Source: Candidatus Dadabacteria bacterium UBA2774 (GTDB lineage Bacteria > Desulfobacterota_D > UBA1144 > Nemesobacterales > UBA2774). From it: a stretch of DNA of 33,377 nt. Position 1 is the first letter of the stretch; each line of letters begins with the position of its first letter. The notes beneath the pieces were generated by a model. That model had not been told where the DNA came from and did no database searches. It saw nothing but the letters and a program-made list of their open reading frames with translations. A program made the position numbers and the translations under genes. Of the stretch, positions 27,966 to 33,377 are shown one piece after another. The DNA is taken from positions 1 through 33,377 of the forward strand of contig DEIM01000218.1 in assembly GCA_002352485.1 (NCBI GenBank), read 5' to 3'.

Positions 27966-29423
27966 ATGAATTTGCGAAAATTACACGAGCTCAGTTTTGA
28001 CAACACTTACAAAAGGCTTCCCGAAGATTTTTACGATCCGGTAAGTCCAGCCGGTTTTCAAAACCCGCATTTGGTGGCTTTTAACCTCGATGCCATGGAG
28101 CTTTTAGACCTCGATCCCAATGAAGCGCTTACCCCGGAGTTTGTAGAGTACTTCTCGGGTAGAAAGCCACTCCCGGGCTCAGAGCCCCTCGCGATGTATT
28201 ACACCGGGCATCAGTTCGGTGTCTACAACCCGGACATTGGCGACGGAAGGGCAATACTACTGGGAGAAGTCAGGAACAGAAAAGGGGAGAAGTGGGACCT
28301 ACACCTGAAAGGCTCCGGACGTACCCGGTATTCACGCGTATTTGACGGAAGGGCGGTGCTCCGCTCTACGATCAGAGAGTACTTGTGCTCAGAAGCTATG
28401 TATGCGCTCGGTATTCCGACAACGAGAGCGCTTTGTATTATTGGCAGCGATGAAAAGGTGGAGCGTGAGAGTACAGAGAGGGGGGCTATGATGCTCAGGA
28501 TGTCGCCCTCACACGTGCGCTTCGGCTCGTTTGAAGCGTTTCACTACACTGGCCGTGAAGATTCACTCAAAATACTGGCCGATTACACAATCTCGGAGTA
28601 TTTTCCCGAAATCAAAGAAGGGGAAAAAAAATACAGGGATTTTCTATATGAAGTGGTCGATAGAACAGCTGTACTTGCTGCGCTCTGGCAAGCCTTGGGC
28701 TTCACCCACGGAGTGATGAATACGGACAATATGTCTGTGCTTGGGCTTACGATCGATTACGGCCCGTTCGGGTTTATGGAGGAGTACGACCCTGGATATA
28801 CGCCCAATCACTCAGACCATTTCGGTAGATACTCTTTTGAGAACCAGTCGGGTATAGCGTTTTGGAATTTGGGTAAATTCGCGAATTCTCTCGTTTCTAT
28901 AGTGCCCAGTGAAGAAGCTATGCAAGCGGTTGGTGAGTTCAAAAACACTTATTCCCAGTACTACTTTGAAAGGATGAGGGAAAAGCTCGGGCTCAAAACC
29001 TCTCAAAAAAATGACGGGGAGCTCATAAAGAGGCTTCTTCAAATTATGCAAGATGAAAAAGCTGACTATACGAACACATTCAGAGCGCTTAGTGATCTTT
29101 CTACAGGTGATGAGAATATTAATATATTCAAATCAGAGGCTTTCAGGGAATGGGCGCATTTATACAGGACACGCTTAAAAGATGAACATAGTGCTGACAA
29201 TGAACGGAAAATATATATGGAAACCGTCAACCCAAAATTCGTCCTAAGAAACTCCCTTGCGGAAAAGGCTATCAGAAAGGCTGTCGATGAGCATGACTAT
29301 TCGGAAATAGAGCGTCTTCATAATATCCTCAGGAACCCGTATTCAGAGCAGCCAGAGTATGATGAGTACTCAAAATTCTCACCTGAAGGTACAAAGAACC
29401 TCGTGATCAGCTGTTCGTCTTAG
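27966..29423 (+). CDS. selO: Protein adenylyltransferase SelO (YdiU)
   Basis: GHQFG, GDGRA, LKG, DGRAVLRS, HGVMNTDN, DYGP, NPKFVLRN, C-terminal CSS; ATG 27966 behind GGAG. Confidence 0.96.
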   Translation: MNLRKLHELSFDNTYKRLPEDFYDPVSPAGFQNPHLVAFNLDAMELLDLDPNEALTPEFVEYFSGRKPLPGSEPLAMYYTGHQFGVYNPDIGDGRAILLGEVRNRKGEKWDLHLKGSGRTRYSRVFDGRAVLRSTIREYLCSEAMYALGIPTTRALCIIGSDEKVERESTERGAMMLRMSPSHVRFGSFEAFHYTGREDSLKILADYTISEYFPEIKEGEKKYRDFLYEVVDRTAVLAALWQALGFTHGVMNTDNMSVLGLTIDYGPFGFMEEYDPGYTPNHSDHFGRYSFENQSGIAFWNLGKFANSLVSIVPSEEAMQAVGEFKNTYSQYYFERMREKLGLKTSQKNDGELIKRLLQIMQDEKADYTNTFRALSDLSTGDENINIFKSEAFREWAHLYRTRLKDEHSADNERKIYMETVNPKFVLRNSLAEKAIRKAVDEHDYSEIERLHNILRNPYSEQPEYDEYSKFSPEGTKNLVISCSS

Positions 29424-29458
29424 GGATTGACCAAGGTGTTTCTTAATGGGTGGAATAT

Positions 29459-31645
29459 CTACTTCTTTTCCAGATAGCTCGCGATGATTTTTTTTGTCCC
29501 GTACCGGGCGAAGTGCACAGTGACCTTCGCACTGTCCCCGCTTCCCTCTACATTTCTAATCGTCCCCAGGCCGAATTTCTTATGCTCTATCTGCTGGCCT
29601 GCTTTGTAGCTCTTTCCGTTACTGCTGCTTTGTTGTACGGGAGCCTTGCTTGGGAGATTGGATTTTTTAGCTCTACTGCCCGAGGCCCTATTGAAATCGC
29701 CTTGATGGACCTGAGCTGTAATAAATTCCTCTGGTATTTCGAGTAGGAATCTCGAAGGGGTAGGATTTTCCTCTTTTCCGAAAACAAGCCTTCTGGAGGA
29801 ACTCGTAAGATATATCTTTTCCTTTGCCCTTGTGAGTCCCACGTAGAGGAGTCTGCGTTCCTCCTCAATCTCTCCTTCTCTTATAGAGTTAAAATGAGGA
29901 AGCAAATTTTCCTCAATGCCAATTATAAATGTCACTGGGAATTCGAGCCCCTTTGCGGAATGAAGCGTCATGAGAGCAACCTGATCTGTCTTATCATTAT
30001 AGGTATCGAGGTCGCTTGCGAGTGAAACCCGGTCGAGAAATTCATTGAGCTCAGTAGTTCCACTTTCATCACGCTCCGGATTGTCCTCTTTACTCCCTTC
30101 TTTTTCAAATTCCGCCGCAATGTTGAAAAGCTCTCCCACGTTTTCGCGCCTTTCGGGCTCTTTCTCAAGTATGTCGAGATAACCTGTTTTTTGAAGTACC
30201 CTGTCTATGAGCTCACCTATTCCATTATTCTCTGAAAATGAAATGAGCCCTGTTATCAACTTATAGAATCTCTCTAGTTTTACAGCAGTACCTTTAGGGA
30301 TAGTATTGTCCCTTGCTGACAAGCCCAAAGCGTCAAATAGCAAAACACCGTTTTTTGCTGCTATTTTTTCAAGCCTCTCAATTGTTCCTTTTCCTATACC
30401 TCTTGCGGGTACGTTGATTATGCGTCTCAGGCTCATTTCGTCCTGAGAGTTGGCAATTACTCTCAAATAAGCCAATACGTCCTTGACCTCAGCCCGCTGA
30501 TAAAACCCGATCCCACCAACTATTCTGTAAGGTATGGAGCGGTAAAGCAGCTCCTCTTCTATCTGGCGGGACTGGGTGTTGGTTCTGTAAAATATGGCTA
30601 TGCTTTTGTAAGTGAATTCTTCTTTTGCAGCCTCGAGCTGTATCTGTGCGCCTACGTACTTTGCTTCGTCTTTCTCGTTCCGGGCAAGGTAATAAGATAT
30701 CGGATCGCCTTGTACATTTTCAGACCATAGATCTTTTTCGTGCCTGTGTTTGTTATTAGAGATAAGCTTATTTGAAGCTTCAAGAATAGTTTTTGTCGAG
30801 CGGTAATTTCTCTCGAGCTTTATGATTCTGGTGTCGGGAAAATCCTTCTCGAAGTCGAGTATATTGGTGATATCGGCACCTCTCCACCCGTAAATCGATT
30901 GATTGTCGTCACCTACTACGAATAGATTCTTGTGCTTTTTTGAAAGGAGCTCTACAATTTTATACTGAACGGGGTTTGTGTCCTGGTACTCGTCTACGAG
31001 TATGTACTGAAAGAGCGTCTGGTATCTCTTTAGGACATCGGGTTTTTCATTGAAGAGCCTTACTGTGATGTGAAGGAGATCGCTGAAATCGAGTGCATTG
31101 GCTTTTCGGAGCTCTTTCTCGTAAAGATCGTAAACTTTTGATACGGTCTCTTCATATGCGTCAGCCTTAAAGTCTTCTGGCCCGAGCCCTTTATTCTTTG
31201 CTCCGTCTATCTTGGAGCGTATTGATCTGGGTGTAAGTGTACGGTCGCTAATATCAAGCTCGGCCATGCACTGTTTAATAAGTTTTATCTGGTCTCCATC
31301 GTCGTATATCGTAAAGTCTCTTCCGAAGCCTTCTAAATTTGTAATTTCTCTCTTAAGTATCCTGAGGCAAACCGAGTGGAAAGTTCCGATCCACAGGGAC
31401 CGCGTGAGGTTTCCAATGAGCCCGTTTATGCGCCCCTTCATCTCGTTTGCTGCTTTATTGGTAAACGTGACAGCGAGGATGTTCCTCGGCGCAATATTTT
31501 CAGTGCCGACCAGGTGCGCTATGCGCTCTGTGATTATTTTAGTTTTCCCCGAACCAGCGCCGGCGAGGACGAGCATCGGTCCTTTGCCGTGACTTACGGC
31601 CTCTTTTTGTGCGGAATTTAGATTGTCGGTAGGTGTAGTGTTCAT
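29459..31645 (-). CDS. pcrA: UvrD/PcrA SF1 DNA helicase
   Basis: GAGSGKT, TFTNKAA, DEYQD, NYRST, HSAKGLEF, EERRL, C-terminal Tudor-like HKKFGLG. Confidence 0.96.
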   Translation of the reverse strand: MNTTPTDNLNSAQKEAVSHGKGPMLVLAGAGSGKTKIITERIAHLVGTENIAPRNILAVTFTNKAANEMKGRINGLIGNLTRSLWIGTFHSVCLRILKREITNLEGFGRDFTIYDDGDQIKLIKQCMAELDISDRTLTPRSIRSKIDGAKNKGLGPEDFKADAYEETVSKVYDLYEKELRKANALDFSDLLHITVRLFNEKPDVLKRYQTLFQYILVDEYQDTNPVQYKIVELLSKKHKNLFVVGDDNQSIYGWRGADITNILDFEKDFPDTRIIKLERNYRSTKTILEASNKLISNNKHRHEKDLWSENVQGDPISYYLARNEKDEAKYVGAQIQLEAAKEEFTYKSIAIFYRTNTQSRQIEEELLYRSIPYRIVGGIGFYQRAEVKDVLAYLRVIANSQDEMSLRRIINVPARGIGKGTIERLEKIAAKNGVLLFDALGLSARDNTIPKGTAVKLERFYKLITGLISFSENNGIGELIDRVLQKTGYLDILEKEPERRENVGELFNIAAEFEKEGSKEDNPERDESGTTELNEFLDRVSLASDLDTYNDKTDQVALMTLHSAKGLEFPVTFIIGIEENLLPHFNSIREGEIEEERRLLYVGLTRAKEKIYLTSSSRRLVFGKEENPTPSRFLLEIPEEFITAQVHQGDFNRASGSRAKKSNLPSKAPVQQSSSNGKSYKAGQQIEHKKFGLGTIRNVEGSGDSAKVTVHFARYGTKKIIASYLEKK

Positions 31646-31820
31646 TTTTTTACTTTCGTGAATGTGTGATATTTAGTAGTGAGCCAACTGAATGTTCTTC
31701 TCTGTATAGAAATATATTAATCAGCATTGACAAGATACCCTAAAAAGTACCTGGCTAATTTAGAATAGAAACCTGATTTATGATTTATATAACAATAGGA
31801 TATAGTACTGAAGAGTTATC

Positions 31821-32708
31821 ATGGATGAGCCTAAAGTAGTACTTTTTTACAATAAAATGTGGCAGGATCCGCTAACCTACCCGGAGGAAGGTTTGCCCAA
31901 TGGTTATGTTATAACAACTGACCTGAGTATGATGGACCGAGCGGTTGCAGTGGTTTTTCATATACCCACTCTTTCTTCCAATTTTCTTCCAGATAGAAAA
32001 CCACTTAAAAACAAAGGGCAGTTATGGGTTGCATGGTCTAAGGAATGTGAAGCTCATTATCCTCAATTCTCCGACCCCTTGTTTATGGACCATTTTGATC
32101 TTACTATGTCACATCATCCCAAATCGGATGTTTTTACTCCATATGTGCCTCAAAACTTCAGAGAATTAATTCAGCGTCCGGTATCTGAGAAAAAGCCGGA
32201 AAACCTAGTTAATGCTTTTATATCAAGTCATATAAATAAAAGCGGGAGAGTTCAGTTACTAATGCAATTGATGGGGCAACTTAATGTTCACTCTTACGGC
32301 CGAATACTCAATACCCATTCTCTTCAGAGCGATAAGGGGTTACATACCAAAATAGATACTATCTCTACCTATAAGTTCACTCTTGCTTTTGAGAATGCCA
32401 TAGCACGGGACTATGTTACTGAAAAATTCTATGAACCTTTAATAGCCGGCTCTGTTCCCGTATATCTGGGCGCTCCTAATATAGATGATTACTCTCCTGG
32501 GGAGAAGTGCTTTATCGATGCGTCGAATTGGGACAATCCTCAGGATCTGGGCAATTTTCTGCTCGAATTGTCGGATAATGATGATATGTACAACAATTAC
32601 TTTGAGTGGAGAGAAAGACCATTGAAAAAGGAATTTGCTGATCTGCTGAATCTGAAAAATGAACATGAGTTCGTAAGACTATGTAAGAAAATTGATGAAA
32701 TGATATAA
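31821..32708 (+). CDS. GT10 alpha-1,3/4-fucosyltransferase-like protein
   Basis: Alpha-1,3-FucT motif YKFTLAFENAIARDYVTEKF...GSVPVYLG; AT-rich relative to its neighbours. Confidence 0.92.
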   Translation: MDEPKVVLFYNKMWQDPLTYPEEGLPNGYVITTDLSMMDRAVAVVFHIPTLSSNFLPDRKPLKNKGQLWVAWSKECEAHYPQFSDPLFMDHFDLTMSHHPKSDVFTPYVPQNFRELIQRPVSEKKPENLVNAFISSHINKSGRVQLLMQLMGQLNVHSYGRILNTHSLQSDKGLHTKIDTISTYKFTLAFENAIARDYVTEKFYEPLIAGSVPVYLGAPNIDDYSPGEKCFIDASNWDNPQDLGNFLLELSDNDDMYNNYFEWRERPLKKEFADLLNLKNEHEFVRLCKKIDEMI

Positions 32709-32772
32709 AGTAGGGCAATGATTTATATGTTGCCGATATAAAGATGGGTGATGAGTCTCAGAGCAGATAAAT

Positions 32773-32846
32773 TGGCTGGGCCGGGAGGGCTCGAACCTCC
32801 ACTACTGGCGTCAAAGGCCAGGGTCCTACCATTAGACGACGGCCCA
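32773..32846 (-). tRNA. tRNA-Gln(UUG)
   Basis: Cloverleaf with acceptor TGGGCCG/CGGCCCA, anticodon arm CTGGC-CTTTGAC-GCCAG, T loop TTCGAGC and encoded CCA. Confidence 0.96.
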
Positions 32847-32983
32847 ATCTAAGTTTCTTGCAAAGACTGCTTTAGATTACCAAGGTTTTATATCCATAGC
32901 AATAAAATCGCTTTTAGACCCGTAGAATTATTATCTTGACAGGGTACAATTTATATAAGACACTTAAACGTTTTAATAAATAA

Positions 32984-33058
32984 GAGCGCGTAGCTCAGGG
33001 GGAGAGCGCTTGCTTGACACGCAAGAGGTCGCTGGTTCAAATCCAGTCGTGCTCACCA
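32984..33058 (+). tRNA. tRNA-Val(GAC)
   Basis: Acceptor GAGCGCG/CGTGCTC, anticodon arm CTTGC-TTGACAC-GCAAG, T loop TTCAAAT, ending ACCA. Confidence 0.97.
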
Positions 33059-33074
33059 CTTAAACAATACTAAC

Positions 33075-33377
33075 ATGGAAGAAATCCAGATAAATCTCCC
33101 TGGCGGGGAAGAGACTACCTTTCCTAAAGGTACCGCCGTCGGGGAAATAATAGAATCGCTAGGGAAGACAGGCGGCACCGTTGGCGCTAAGGTGAACGGT
33201 GAGCTTGTAGATTTTTGGTACGAGGTAAATGAGAACTCAACCGTAGAGCCTGTCAAAGCGGGTACGGAAGAAGGGCTCGGACTTATAAGACACACTGCCG
33301 CGCACGTGATGGCAGAAGCGGTGCAGGAAATATTCCCTGAGGCCAAAGTTACCATAGGTCCTGTAATTGAAAACGGA
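33075..33377 (+). CDS. thrS: Threonyl-tRNA synthetase, N-terminal part (runs off the window; absent from the ORF track)
   Basis: My translation: MEEIQINLPGG...AKVNGELVD...GLIRHTAAHVMAEAVQEIFPEAKVTIGPVIENG, a TGS domain followed by the HxxxH editing motif. Confidence 0.96.
   Translation, partial: MEEIQINLPGGEETTFPKGTAVGEIIESLGKTGGTVGAKVNGELVDFWYEVNENSTVEPVKAGTEEGLGLIRHTAAHVMAEAVQEIFPEAKVTIGPVIENG

Noticed and set aside
29409-29460. Selenocysteine or stop readthrough in SelO
   Set aside because: The Sec-equivalent position is TGT (Cys), the stop is TAG, and no SECIS-like hairpin is evident.
31646-31820. att-site duplication of the tRNA-Gln 3' end flanking the GT10 gene
   Set aside because: Only a 5-nt match (TGGCT) was found, which is not significant.
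33053-33355. 100-aa minus-strand ORF at the window end
   Set aside because: It is the antisense of the thrS N-terminus.

Overview
Bacterial chromosomal window, about 45% GC by eye, made up mostly of housekeeping genes. Gene order and protein style suggest a Desulfobacterota-related diderm, possibly Ca. Dadabacteria, but this is inference only. From the left: the 3' part of a modular GH5 endoglucanase gene carrying two [Cys-bracketed Asp-rich module + CBM2] repeats; murJ and a DUF4911-like gene transcribed divergently from a near-complete dcw cluster (mraZ-rsmH-ftsL-ftsI-murE-murF-mraY-murD-ftsW-murG-murC-murB-ftsQ-ftsA-ftsZ, with no ddl); a minus-strand ftsY-ribD-nadD-rsfS unit; dnaE; a DUF2103-like gene; selO/ydiU; pcrA/uvrD; an AT-rich GT10 fucosyltransferase next to tRNA-Gln(UUG); tRNA-Val(GAC); and the start of thrS. 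I found no CRISPR array, transposase, integrase or defence system. The best leads are the multi-promoter, multi-MraZ-box region shared between dcw and DUF4911-murJ, the modular cellulase, the GT10 islet at the tRNA, and SD-less or leaderless starts (dnaE, thrS).
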